Origin: Phyllosticta citribraziliensis
Taxonomy: Eukaryota
Direction: 5' to 3'
NCBI RefSeq assembly: GCF_038025025.1
Contig: NW_027117338.1
Coordinates: 2,728,001-2,792,000 of the forward strand
Length of the DNA: 64,000 nucleotides
Below, piece by piece: positions 1-14,018 of the stretch (position 1 is the stretch's first letter; each line of letters starts with the position of its first letter). The notes under the pieces were generated by a model. It saw only the letters and a list, made by a program, of their open reading frames with translations. It was not told the origin of the DNA and ran no database searches. A program made the position numbers and the translations under genes.

Positions 1-620
1 GGCTCTTCCTTATCCCTCTCTTCTTATATAGGTAAAGGATAATAATAATAGTAAAGGTAATAAGGTAAAGGTAAATAGTTAGAAGGACTAATAATAGTGC
101 TAGTAGAATTATATCTATATAAATAATAGGAAGGACTAATACTAGGACTAGAATACTTAGGCTAATAGGCCTAAGAATAATAGTAAGTAGTAGAAGAGGT
201 ACTATTAGAGGGAGTAATACTACTATATAGTATAATATATATAGATATAGTAATAGAATATATAGGAGTATATATAGGACTAATAGTACTAGGATAATAA
301 CTAGGAGTAGGTATTAATAGATATAAAGGTATAGACTCTAAAGAGCTACTAGAGGATCTATTACTACTAGCTATATAAGTTATTAGTACTAAATACCTAA
401 ACCTTAAAGATAAGGCTTTACTTACCTAGTAAACTACTATCTATACTACTAGACTAATTAGAACTACTAGAACCTATAGGATAATTAATTAGGGTAAAGC
501 TAGTTATAATAAAGGTCTTAGATTATTAGTTAGTTAAGGCTATACTATAGGCTAAGGGTAAACTTACTAAAGAAGATAAGAGGTAGGGTATAATAAGTAT
601 AGTAATAAAGATTAGAGCTA
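1..620 (-). pseudogene. RIP-degraded intron-containing gene fragment running off the left edge, product unknown
   Basis: Two fungal-type introns on the minus strand: 567-517 (GTAAGT...CTAAC/CTAAT...AAG) and 425-371 (GTAAGT...CTAAT...TAG). The start is approximate. Confidence 0.4.
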
Positions 621-1606
621 GAGGTAGGGGTAGAAAGCCTTTATACTAGACTTATACCTACTAGAGTACCTACTCTAGTATCCTAGATATATAGAAGCTT
701 TAAGATAACTAACTCCCTATATAGAGCTAAATACTTAAGCCTAATCTATACCTATTAAGGTACTAAGGTATAATACCTAGATAATAAGATTATTCTTACC
801 TATAGGTATACCTTAGGCTAAACCTAGAGGGGGGTAATATTATAGGTTAGCTAAAAACCTATAATTATATTAAATACTACTTAGTATTAAGTACTAGGTA
901 TACCTATACTATAACTACTAGCTATAACTATAAGCTATATATACTAAAGTTACCTAACTTTCTAAGAGCTATAGCTACTTAGATAATTTAACCCTAGTAC
1001 CTATATATATAATACTAATATAATAATAGAAATAAGAATAGAGCCTCCTATACCTATAGTAGGGACTTAACTAAGTAATTAGTTTTAAGAAGTATATTAT
1101 TACTAATAAGCTAGTAAACTACTATATAATATAGAATTAAGATAAGGTCCTATTCTCTTATAGTACCTACCTTCCTTCTACTATAATTCCTAAGGTAATT
1201 TAGGTAATAGAATATAAAAGGACCTTATTATATAGATACTATAGATAGCTATCTTTATTTTCTTATAATTAATACTCCTAAGTAGACTTACTACTAATTT
1301 AACTTTTACCTTATTTATATACCCTTCTTACTTAGCTTTATCTCCTATACTTATATACTATAGTATTAGATAAATAGTTACTTAGAACTAGCCTACTAAT
1401 TAGGTAACCTATTAGCTTATAATATATACTATACCTCTAAGAAGAAGGGTACCCTAAGTATATTAGCTAGTACCTTAACTACTAAAGGTACTATAATCTA
1501 ATACTCTACCTAGTTAACTAATACTAATAAGCCTACCTTACTTAATATAGTACCTTACTATATTATAAAGCTAAAGAAAGGTACTAAAAGTAGTAGTATA
1601 GGCTTA

Positions 1607-1811
1607 TATTAGGCCCGCACCTATATAAGGACTAGTTTACTAGAACCTAACCTGGTATAAGTAAGTATATAACTATATACTTACTTAGTAGGCTAAATAA
1701 CTAGCCTATTATAACTATATTTCTATCTTCTTCTTAGTACTACTTCTCCTTTTCTCTTTACCTTAGACTTTTAGTTAGCTAAATATAGTATTTACCTCTT
1801 TAAGCCTTATA
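1607..1811 (+). repeat. 5' LTR of element A
   Basis: Near-identical to 7945-8030 joined to 13900-14018. TA...TA ends are consistent with RIP-mutated TG...CA. Confidence 0.93.
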
Positions 1812-4800
1812 TAAGTCTAAGGTCTCTTTAACTTTACCTAATAACTTTATTACTATATTTAAAGTAGCCCCTACTTCCTATTTTAGAAATCTACCCTATT
1901 AATTAGTACCTAAAATACTATATTTCCTAAAGTCTCTAGCTCTTATTTATACTACTCTATAAAGTATTTATACTATACCCCTATTATCTACTCTTAATTA
2001 GTCTTATTCTAGGCTTGCTCTACTACTAATACTCTAATAGATACTACTTAGAATACTTTAAATAAATTAGCCCCTTAAACCTCTAATATACTTAAACTTA
2101 ATATTAATAAGATTAAGGTAATAGCCTCTAGCTACCTACTCTTTATTAATAAATAAGGACCCTAATTAGATAAGGGTAAAGGCCCTTTTACTATATATCT
2201 AGATATAAACCTAGTTAATATTCTACTCTCTAGCTTAGAAACTACTAGTATTAATAATAATAGTAACTCCTTATTTAATTATACTACTATTCTAGTTATC
2301 TATTCTAGCTTAAATCTTACTAGCCTCTCTATTTATAATAGAGGAGCCTATTATTTATTTCCTTTAAAATAGGAATCCCTATATACCTTTAAGGATTTTA
2401 TTATTAAAACTCTAAATACTACCCCCTTCTTATTTACCTTTCTTTAAGACCTTATTAAGGACTACTACTAAATACTTTATTATATCTCTACCTCTAGAAT
2501 CCCCTTATCTATTATAAAGGAAATAACTACTTTTAAATACCTCTAGGCTTCTTATAATAGTATAAAGAGTATCTTTAATAAATTTAGAAAGAAGAACTTT
2601 AATCTTAGCTATACTATTAATAGGCTCCTTACTAGGATAGAAAGATAAGATACTACTATATTAGCTTAAAAGGTAGACTATTAAATCCTTATTAAGGAGA
2701 TTTATATCTTAAAGATTAAAGCTATCTCTTTATAGAATTAGCTCTCTAATAAGGTTACTAATACTCCTTATATTAAGGTTATTAGTAATAATAAAGACCT
2801 CTCTTTTTATTACTTAATCTAGCCCCCTTACTTTATTATAATCTAAGAACCTATAAGCTAAACTCTTAATAATTATATAATTATTATTTAACCCCTAATA
2901 TATAACTATAAAGAGACCCCCTTCCTCTATAAAGACTCTATTACTACTTAGGTTAACCTATCTAAATCCTTTTAGAAGTCTAGTATATACCTATTAAAGA
3001 AATTTAATAGTATAAACCCTAATAAATATATCTAGTAGTATTTTATTATTAAGATTAAGTTAAAAGTAGATATATCTTTTTACTTTATAAAAAAGAGGAA
3101 GATACTTTATACTCTTTACTTTCTTAATAATTCTCTCTTTATCTTTATATAAGAATAGTTTACTTATTATAATTAGAAAGGCTACCTTATCTCCCTTTTT
3201 AACTTTTTCTATAAAATTAAATACTAGTCTAGTATATTAGATCTAATTAAAAGGGCCTATACTAAACTCTACTCTATCTATTAGAGAGGAGATAAAAATA
3301 CCTTCTAGTTCTATATAAGACTCCTTACTCTTTAGTCCTAAACTAGTTATATAAAGGACTAATAGCTCTATAGCTTTATTTATTCTCTTTATCTCTCCCT
3401 CTTTTATTATATTCTCTATCTAACCTTTATCTAGACTTTTAAAGCCCTTAAAATTCTCTAGAATATTAAAAGGAATACTCTTAATATTAATATCTATTAG
3501 TCTTATATCTATTCCTCTTACTAGTAAAACTAGCTAGCTAAAAATAACTCTATCTATCCTACCTCTTATATACTAGCCTTAAACCCTAATACTAACTCTA
3601 GCCCTAAATAGAAGCCTACTACTATAAGGCCTCTAAATTAGACTAGAGTTTAGTATAAGTCTAAACTATCCCTTAAAAAGCTTAATTTAACTAGCTATAT
3701 AAAGCTTACTACTTAGGACTATTACTTCTATTATTAAGATTCTAGATACTATACTAATAATACTATCTATTCTACTTAGGATACTAGCTCCTACCCTACT
3801 TATATAAACCTTATAGATATTAGTTTATCTAAAGATTCTTCTACTAATAAAGAAACTAATACTAACTCTAAGTTAAAAGATTAAATCTAGAGGATAGTTA
3901 CCCTCTAAATTCTTAGCTAGTATAGCTTATATCCCTCTATTCCTTCTTTATTAAATAAGATTTAACTCTTAGCTTACTATCTTATAAGATTTTAATACTA
4001 GATATTATTTAACTCTAAATTAGGGGCTACTTAGTCTTTTACTCTTTAATAGATAGTTCCCCTATAAAGATCTTACTTAATAGTAGTACTAAAGTAAATA
4101 TAATTAATAAGAACTATATATATAAATATTATATTAATATATCTCTACTCTAGTTACCTATAAAGCTCTTTAATACTAATAGATTAATTAACTCTATCCT
4201 TAAATATACTACCTTAATAAATATAGTACTAGAAGACTATATTAGCTAGGTCTTCTATTATATTATTATTATTCTATAAATTCCCCTTATCCTAGAAGAC
4301 CCTTAGCTCTTTAAATATAATACTACTACTAATTATAAATAGTACTTAATTACTCTCTCTTCTAAGGACTACCTCTAAGCTAGTTATCTTATTAAAGAAA
4401 AACTAATCTAAATCCTTACTATAGATACCCTCCTACTATAATAAGGTATAGAGTAATTAGCCTTTAATATAAAATTTATTAGTATTATATCCTTCTACTA
4501 ACTTACCTATAAATAAGATTATAATTTAGATATTCTCTTTTTAATTAACTCTACTATCTAGCTCTACTTTATAATAATAAATACTATTACTCCTAAAGAC
4601 TTTAAGAAGTTTAAGAAAGGAAAACCTAAGCTCTTACTTTTTAAACTTAAATTATAAATTTTTAATTACCTCTATAACCTTATCTCTATCTTTAATTAGG
4701 ACTAGGCTAAATCCCTATTTAATTACTCCTCTAAAGACTATAAAATTACCTTTAAAGCTAAGAAGGATCCCTTATTTACTTATAGCTATTAATCTCTTAA

Positions 4801-7800
4801 CCTATAAGAGATAGAAATAGTCTACTACTATATTAATAACCTTATATATAAAGGATATACTTATCTTAGCTCCTCCTTAGCTATAGCCCTAGTACTTATT
4901 ATCTAGAAACCTAGTAGAGGCCTTTAGATCTATATTAATTATAGGGACCTTAATAAGATTACTATTAAGAACTAGTACCTAATCCTAAATATAGTTAAGA
5001 TACTCTAGTACCTCTAGGGCTATAAGTACTTTATAAAGCTTAATATTATTACTATCTTTAATAGAATTTAGATTACTATAGGAGATAAATAGAAAATAGC
5101 CTTTATTATCTACTATAGTTAGTTTAAGTACCTAGTAATACTATTTAAACTTTATAATACTTCTAGAACCTTCTAAAGCTATATTAATAACTCCTTTAAG
5201 GACTATCTTAATCTTTAGGCTATAACCTATCTTAATAATATTCTTATCTTTAGTAAGATACTAGAGGAATATAAGAAATATATCTAAAAAGTTATTATCT
5301 ACCTACTTAATTAGAAGCTCTTTATTAATATCTATAAGTATAAGTTCTATATAGAAGAAGTTAAATATCTTAGTCTTCTTATTAGTACTAATAGTATCTA
5401 TATAGATCCTAAAAAGATAGAAATAGTACTAGACTAATAAACCTTAAAGTCTATTAAAGATATTTAGGCCTTCCTTAGCTTTACTAACTTCTATTACTAC
5501 TTTATTAAGGACTTCTCCTTACTTACTTAACTACTTATAGAACTTATTAAAGGGGAACTAAAGACTATTCCTTTAAAAAAGAAATACTATATCTATACTA
5601 CTCTAAATTAGACCCCTAAATATAAATATACCTTTTAGGCTCTTAAAACTATATTTATTTCTACTCTAATACTTACCTACTTTAACCCTAAGTAGGAAAT
5701 ATAGATTAAGATAGATATTTCTAACTTTATTATTATTAGAGTTCTCTTTTAAGTTATTAATAGATAACTTTACCTAGTAGCCTTCTTCTCTAAGAAGATA
5801 TTCCTAATAGAGTATAATTATAAAATCTATAATAAAGAGTTACTTATTATTATTAAGGTACTAGAGTCCTAGTACCTTAAAGCTATTAATATAGAATTAG
5901 ATAATCTAGTAAAGATCTTCTTAGACTATAAGAACCTAGAATAGTTTATAACTATTAAGAATCTTAACTACTAATAGGCCTACTAGGCTAAGTTTCTATT
6001 TAAATTTAACTTTAAAATTATAAACTATTCTAGTAAGTAGGGTAAGAAACCTAATTCCCTTATTAGATACTCCTAGGACCTTCTTTAGGATAACTCTAAT
6101 ATCTACTAATTATACTAATACTAGACTATTCTAAAATAATACTATTTAGATTTAATCTTATAGTTAGTTATCTCCTACTTCTTTACTATACCCTATACTA
6201 TAGACTAACCTATCTCTACTATTCCTAACTTATCCCCTCTATCCTTACTAACTACTCTACTAGAAGAAAGCTATAGAGCCCTTAGTACTACTTATCTATA
6301 GGAACTTATTATTAAAGCCTATAAGACTAATAAGGATATATAATACCTTATAATAGCTATATAGAACTAGGATTTAAAGATCCTAGCTCTCCTTATTAAA
6401 AAGGGCTATTACCTTTATATAGGATACCTAAAGGTTAAGGATAGCTACCTTTTTATAAAAAACTAACTCTTTATTTTTAATAACTCTAAACTATATCTTA
6501 AGGTTATATAGGCTTATTACCTCCTACTATATCTTAGTTACCCTAGTTATAAATTAATAAGTAAGCTTATTAGCTACTCCTATTACTAGCCTAATCTAAA
6601 GAATAACTACTTAATCTTTACTTATATATATACCTAATACTACTAGTCCTCTATTAATACCTAAAAGAAGTAAGGTTTTTTCTAACTACTAGAACTACTA
6701 GCCTACTACTAGACTAGTATTAGCTTTAACTTTATTAAGTATCTCCTAGGCTCCTATTTCTATAATTAGGACTACTCCTATATCCTTATTATAATTAACT
6801 ATCTTATAAAGGCTATTATCTTAGAAGGACTTCTAGATAATAGGGTTAACTCCTTATATAAAGCTATTACCTATTACCTCTTCTATATATAAGGTTTCTA
6901 TAAAGAATATATTAATAACTATAGTAGTACTATACTTACCTAAGTTTAGTACTATATCTACTACTATTATAGTATTAAAATTAAGTACTCTTTAGCCTAG
7001 TATCCTAAGACTAATAGCTAGACTAAAGTAACTAATAAATCTATTAAGAATATCCTCTATACCTTTATTAACTACTACTAAAATAACTAGATATTCTAGC
7101 TCCCCTATATTAAGTTTACTCTTAATAACTATATAAACTCCTTTATTAATATATCCCTATTCTTTACTAACTATAGATATAACCTATATATTAGAATTAA
7201 GCCCCTACTTCTAAATATTAACTAAGACCCTTAAATTAACTATACTAACTATATTATTACCTAGACTTATACTATTACCTAGTAACTTAGTATACTTATT
7301 TAAGCTATATAAAAGGACTATACCTACTATACTAATAAGTACTAAGCCCTATACCTAAACTATAAGGTTAGAGACCTTATCTATATTAATATATAGGACT
7401 TCTCTACTATAAGGCCTAGTAAAAGTTTAGACTAGAAATAGTATAGCCCCTAGCTAATTAAGTATATTATTAATTATAAGGCCTATAAGCTTACTATTCT
7501 AGAGGATAAGCTTATTAATAGCCTTATACTAATCTTCTATCTATAGAAACTTTACCTTATTCCTACCCCTTTTTCTAGTTAAATTCTTAAACCTACTAGC
7601 CCTAATATCCTTACTTATAATAACCCTAAAGATAAGCCTTATAGTAAATAGGAAGTAGCTAAGATTATTAACTTCTATAAGATAAAGTACTTTAGTATCT
7701 AATATAAGGCTACCTTTATTAGTAATTAGGATAATTAGAATACTAACCCCTAGTAGCTTCCTTAGACTAACTTTATCTATTTAAGGAATCTTATCCTAGA

Positions 7801-7944
7801 ATATTACTATCTTAACCTAGGTAAACTACCTTCTCTAGATAATTTAATTTACTAGATAGATCTAGAAGAAGATCTATTAGGTACTACTATCTCCCTAGCT
7901 TAAGAGACTTTACCTAGTAAAGGGGGGGGGGGGGGAGGGGGTAG

Positions 7945-8030
7945 TATTAGGCCTATACCTATATAAGGATTAGTTTACTAGAACCTAACCTAGTATAAGT
8001 AAGTATATAACTATATACTTACTTAGTAGG
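7945..8030 (+). repeat. 3' LTR of element A, left part
   Basis: Matches 1607-1692 and follows the PPT. Confidence 0.9.
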
Positions 8031-8264
8031 TAAGATAAATTAATATAGATAGAGTAGATAGGTAGAGGAGTAGGCGCAAGGTCTATAAGGATACTAAGGT
8101 ATAGGGGATAGCTAAACCTTAGTTATATAGTAGTATATACACCTAAGTAAGCTATAGGCTAAGTTAGCTATAGCTCTATATCCTCCCTACTACTCTACCT
8201 TATAATTATTAATTATTAGCTAATTAACTTACCTTACTAGGTACTAATTTACTACTTTATAATA
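8031..8264 (+). repeat. 5' LTR of element B
   Basis: Direct repeat of 13661-13894. Confidence 0.93.
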
Positions 8265-11200
8265 TTATTATAAGGTTACCTTATTATCTCCTTAAGTAAG
8301 AGCCTAGGTTTCTATCCTAGCTAAAGACTTAAGCTAATAACTCTTCTTTTACTCTATTAGGTAGGTTTAGATTAAAACTACTATATATATATATAATATA
8401 TAAAACCTAGTTGCTATATAATACTAACTAGATAAATATAAGGACTAGTATAGTAAACTTAATACTAAGCTTTACCTTAATATACTTACTTAGGATAATA
8501 ATACTAAAGTTACTACCTATATCTTATCCTACCTCTCTACTAAAGTAGGTAAAGCCTTTATTAGATATTAGAAGGATAGTATTATTACTATCTTATCCTT
8601 TAAGCTAAAGTATAAGCTTAATTCTATATATAGTATTAAGAATAAGTAAGGTAATACTATTACTAAGCTTAGTACTCTTATATAAAGTATAACCCTACTA
8701 AAAGAGTTCCTTATTAAGTTTTAGTCCCTTATTATAGCTACTAGCTAGGATAATATAACTATAAAGAAAAGTCTATTAGTTAAGCTCTTATATAGTAACT
8801 ACTATCTTATACTTACTTAATATAATAACCCTCTTAATAATATAGTCTTATTCCTTATAGAAATAGCTAATACCTAGGCTACTTATAACTATACCTTTAG
8901 TACTAAGGCTTATAAGGATAGTAATAATAATATATATACTAGTAAATATACCTCTTATAGAGTATATAGTAGATATAGAGGATTCTATAGTAGCTAGGGT
9001 AGTAATAGTACTAGTACTAGTACTAATACTACTTATATAGATAATAAGGATATAGATAAGGATATTACTAGTAAATATAATATATCTATAGTAAAGTACT
9101 ATAACTATAATAAGATAGGCTATATCTCCTATAACTACCTAGATAAAAGTAAGGATAAGATTTAGTCTATTTATATTATTAATACTAATTTAGAAAATAA
9201 GTAGCCTTACTTAAAGTTATAGAGTAGGGTATATAAGATAATAGTTTAGATAAGGATAAATTAAGTAATAATAAACTCTCTTTATCCTACTCTTATATTA
9301 TCTATATATATATTATAGGATAAGTTATCCCTCTCTAAGCTCTAGTAGATACTAGCTATAGAGGGTATATATATATTAATACTTTATTAGTAAACTATCT
9401 CTACTAGTATAGAGTATATAAGTAGCCTCTAGAAAAGCCTTATATTATAATAGGCTTTACTAGAAAAGACTACTATTAACTTATATACTAATTAAACTTC
9501 TACCTATAGGTAGGACTATATTATAACCTTTTTATACTATTTATAATTATACTACTTAGTAAGGATTATAATATATATATTAGCTAGGAGTACTAAAGGT
9601 AGTATAGCTTTATAATTAATATAGGAGCTAGTACCCTAGAGATCTAATAACTAGTAAATATAAATATAGGATTACTCTATAAAAATAGTAAATTATAGAT
9701 AATATCTAAAATCCTAAAGAGGATTCTACTAGTAGAATCTAGCTAATTAAATAATAAAGAAACTTACTAAATAATTCTACTAGTAGAATTAGACTAATTA
9801 GAGTATAAGTAGTTAAGCTAGCTAGTTCTACTAGTAGAACTAGATAACTAAAAGACTTAAGATAAAAGTAGAAATTCCCTAATAGAAACTAATACTAAGT
9901 ATACTTATAGTAAAGAATTAATTATAGTAATAATTAGATATAAGGCCCTATTACTATTACTATATAAGATATAAATAAAGTAGGATAGTACTAAAGATAT
10001 TACCCCTATCTTATAGTCTATATATAAAAAGATAGTTAAGAAATATAGCTTAAAGGCCTATAGTACTATATTCCTACTTATAGATAATAATAATAGAATA
10101 GAAATAATAGTTTATTATCTTATTAATACTAACTACCCTAAAGTAATTAATAGTAAATAAAATAAAGGAGTAAATTATATTAGTTAAGAAGACCTTAATT
10201 ATTAATAGACTAAATACTTAAAACTAGCTACTAATCTAAAGACTAGAGTACTAGAGGAGTATTATAACCTATTTAAGGTATTTTTTAAGGAAGTATCTAA
10301 TAAACTTCCTCCCTCTTATCTTAGATTAGACTTTAAAATTAAATTAAGTAGTAATACTACTAGTATTAGATATAGTAGGCTATTATATATATCTAAAGTA
10401 ATAGTAGGAGAGGTAAAGTAGTATATTTAAGAGAATAAGGCTAAGGATTTTATTAAGAAGAGCTACTCTCTTACCTTATTCTCTATTCTACTAGTTTATA
10501 AGCCTAGAGATAGTATATAGTTCTATATAGACTACTAATATCTTAATAGTATAATAAAGAAGAATAGATATACTATTTTATTAATTAATAAGACTATTAC
10601 TCTTATTAGAGGGGCTAAATAGTTAACTAAAGTAGATATTAGATAAGCTTTTAATTATATCCTAGTAAATAAAGGCTTATATAATCTTATAATATTTTAA
10701 ATAAAATTTAGTACCTATTATTATAAGGTAATACCCTTTAATATTACTAATAGACCTATAGTCTAGTAATACCTTATTAACTAATACCTTATAGAGTTCT
10801 TAAATAAGTTTTATATAGTATACCTAGATAATATACTTATCTATAGTAAGATACTTAGCTAGTACTACTAATATATCTATAAAGTATTAAAATATCTCTA
10901 AGATTAGGGCTTATAAGTAGATATTAATAAATATAATTTCTATATATAAGAAATAAAGTTTTTAGGAGTAATTATTACTACTAAGGGACTAAGAATAGAC
11001 CCTATAAAGATTAAAGTAATTATAGGCTAGTAAGCCCCTTACTTTATATATAATATCTAATTATTCTTAGGATTTATAAACTTTTATAGGTATTTTATCT
11101 ATAGATTTAGTAGTAAGGCTAAGCTATTAATATAGCTAATAGGAAAGGATATCCTATTTATATAGGGACTAGAATAGTAGTAGGTATTTAAGGCTCTTAA

Positions 11201-13660
11201 GGATATAGTAATAAGTATACCTATATTATACTACTTTAACCTAAAGCTTAAGACTATTATAGAGACTAATATATCTAATATTAATATTAGTAGGGTTCTC
11301 TCTTAGAAGATTAATAGATAGATATACCTAGTAGTATTCTTCTCCTATACTATAACCCTAGCTAAAATAAACTATATAATCTATAATAAAGAGCTATTAG
11401 CTATTATTATAGTACTTAAAGCCTAGGAGCTAGAGTTAAAGTTAGTAGACCTAGGACTATTTACTATATATACTAATTACTAGATACTATAATAGTTTAT
11501 AATAACTAAGAAGCTCTAAAGATATTAGATTTAATAGAATAAAGAACTAGTAGGATACTATTTTAAGATTATCTACTAATCTAGAAAAGTAAATAGTAAA
11601 GCTAATACTCTTATATACTAGATATAAGACTAAGTAACTAAAAATAATAATTATAACTAGTACTAGTATTAAGTACTACTTCCCCCTAAAAGGTTAGATA
11701 AGTCCTATAAATAGTAGGACTTAAAGCTCTTAAAAGAGGACTAGGCTAACTCTATTATAAATAAACCTAATAATAAGTATACTCCCTTCTATACCCTACT
11801 AAAGGAGTATAAGGATAATATTATTAAAGATGACCTAGGTAAAGATAACCTAGAGTATACTAAGATAAAGCTAGAGGATAAGTAACTAATACTACTTATT
11901 AGCTCTATACTTCCTCCTCTCCTAATATAATTTATAAATAATAATAATAATAACTATAAATAGGAAGAGTAGACCTTAATTAATAGGTTAGACTTAGGCT
12001 TAAGAGGAGTAGACTATAATACTCCTTCCCTACTTATCTTACTATCTACTAGTATAGTAATCCTAATAACTAGTAGAAAGAAAGATAATAGTACTATCTA
12101 GATAAAGAACTCTAAAGTTATTACTAGCTACCTAGTAGACCTAGAGGATATTATTAAAGTAATTAAATAGTATAATTATAAGATAATACTAGAAATAGAC
12201 TCTCTCTATAAGTAAGTAGGAGAGTATAAAGTATATATACTCTATAATAGCTTATTATATATAGCTAATAGGTTATATATCCTAGAGGAGGATAACCTAT
12301 ATATCTACCTACTTAGGTATATCTATAAGTAGCTAGTAATAGGATATCTAGGTATAGCTAGAATATACCCTATAGTATTAAGCTAGTATTATTTCCTAAA
12401 GATAAGAGAACTAATTACCTAGCTTATAAAGAACTATATACTTTATAGCTATAGCTAGAAGTATAATAAAATAAATAGCCTATTATAGCTATTACTAGTA
12501 GGAGAGTATCTATAGGAGGACCTTATTATAGACTTTATAACTAGCCTTAAGAAGATTAAGTAAGGTTATAATATTATCCTTATAGTATATAACTAGTTTA
12601 GTAAATCTAAGTACTATATTAAGTATAGTATAGAAGATAGTAGGATAGGAGTAGCTAAAATAGCTAAAATAATAATTAAGTAGGTCTTTAGCCTCTATAG
12701 CCTATTAAGGACTATTATCTTAGACTATAGCCTATAGTTTATTACTAACTTATAGAGGGAGGTATTATAATAATTAAAGATAATAGCTAAGCTAATAACC
12801 CCCTATTATCTATAATTAGATAGCTAAATAGAGTAAGCTAACTAAGAGCTTAAGAAGTACTTATATAGCTTTATTAACTAGAGATAAGATAACTAGGATA
12901 TATAGCTACTAATTATTAAACTTATAACTAATATACTAGTTAATACTTCTATAGGTATATCCCCCTTCTTTATATATTATAGCTTTAAACTATATATAAG
13001 CTTTAATTATAGTAAAGTAAGATTAAAGTTAAAATTAAGAGCTAAGGTATTAGCTATAGAATAGGTAAAATTAATAGAGGATATTTAGTTAAAGACTTAG
13101 TTAGTACTTATACTTATAAAAGAGAGATAAGTATACTAAGCTAATAAATACTAATATACTTATAATATTTAAGAGAATAATCTTATCTTTATTAAAGTAA
13201 AGTATATAGATACTAGATACCCCTAGAAGCTTAGATAGCCTAATTTAGGGCTATATTAAGTAGACTCTATAAGAGATAACTAGGTAATATTAGACTTATT
13301 ATAAGGTTCTTATATTATAAACTAATTTAATATAGAATAGTTATATTAATATAATAATAGGCTACTACCTAGTTAATAAGAGCTACCCCTACTACTAGAG
13401 CTAAATAATAAAAGTAAAGAGGAGTAGTATATATAGGAGGTCCTAGATATCTAGATAAATAAGTAAAGGGGAGGTATACTATAGTTTTAGATTTATTAGA
13501 TAGGATATCTACCTAATATAACCTAGTAGGATATTAATAATAGCTTATTTAATAGAGTAGTTAAGACTATCCTAGATTAGTATTAGATAAATAATAAAAA
13601 GGGACTATACCTACTTAATAGCTAGTCCTTAGGTTAAGGACTTAAAGGGGAGGGGGATAG

Positions 13661-13894
13661 TAATATAAATTAATATAGATAGAGTAGATAAGTAGAGGAG
13701 TAGATATAAGGTCTATAAGGATACTAAGGTATAGGGAATAGCTAAACCTTAGTTATATAGTAGTATATATACCTAAGTAAGCTATAGGCTAAGTTAGCTA
13801 TAGCTCTATATCCTCCCTACTACTCTACCTTATAATTATTAATTATTAGCTAATTAACTCGCCTTACTTAGTACTAATTTACTGCTTTATAATA
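13661..13894 (+). repeat. 3' LTR of element B
   Basis: Direct repeat of 8031-8264, preceded by the PPT. Confidence 0.93.
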
Positions 13895-13899
13895 GTAGG

Positions 13900-14018
13900 C
13901 TAAGTAATTAGCCTACTATAACTATATTTCTACCTTCTTCTTAGTACTACTTCTCCTTTTCTCTTTACCTTAGACTTTTAGTTAGCTAAATATAGTATTT
14001 ACCTCTTTAAGCCTTATA
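13900..14018 (+). repeat. 3' LTR of element A, right part
   Basis: Matches 1693-1811 and is followed by the TSD GCTTA. Confidence 0.9.

Larger units (their letters stand above)
8031..13894 (+). mobile_element. Ty3/Gypsy chromovirus LTR retrotransposon B, nested in the 3' LTR of A (RIP-inactivated)
   Basis: 234-bp LTRs; TSD GTAGG at 8026-8030 and 13895-13899; PPT aaaggggaggggga at ~13644-13657. Motif relics: gag CCHC knuckle (~9097-9138), protease LVDTS (~9342), RT YLDNILI (10821), integrase DS*IE (from DGQTE, ~12819), chromodomain (~13420-13540). Confidence 0.95.
1607..14018 (+). mobile_element. Ty3/Gypsy chromovirus LTR retrotransposon A (RIP-inactivated; 3' LTR interrupted by element B)
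   Basis: 205-bp LTRs; TSD GCTTA at 1602-1606 and 14019-14023; G-rich polypurine tract (PPT) at ~7918-7941. RIP-altered motifs in order: protease LLNSST (from LLDSGA, ~4075), RT YLNNILIFS (5228), RNase H YKIYNKELL (~5820), integrase NS*TK (from DGQTE, ~7014), chromodomain (~7645-7775). Confidence 0.95.

Noticed and set aside
7921..7941. Poly-G run as an independent G-quadruplex or telomere-like feature
   Set aside because: Explained as the polypurine tract of element A; homopolymer length may also be a sequencing artefact.
9722..9843. CRISPR-like array (palindromic repeats with unique spacers)
   Set aside because: Eukaryotic DNA, only three 14-bp cores, inside retrotransposon pol and with no cas genes. 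Kept only as a hairpin-array finding.
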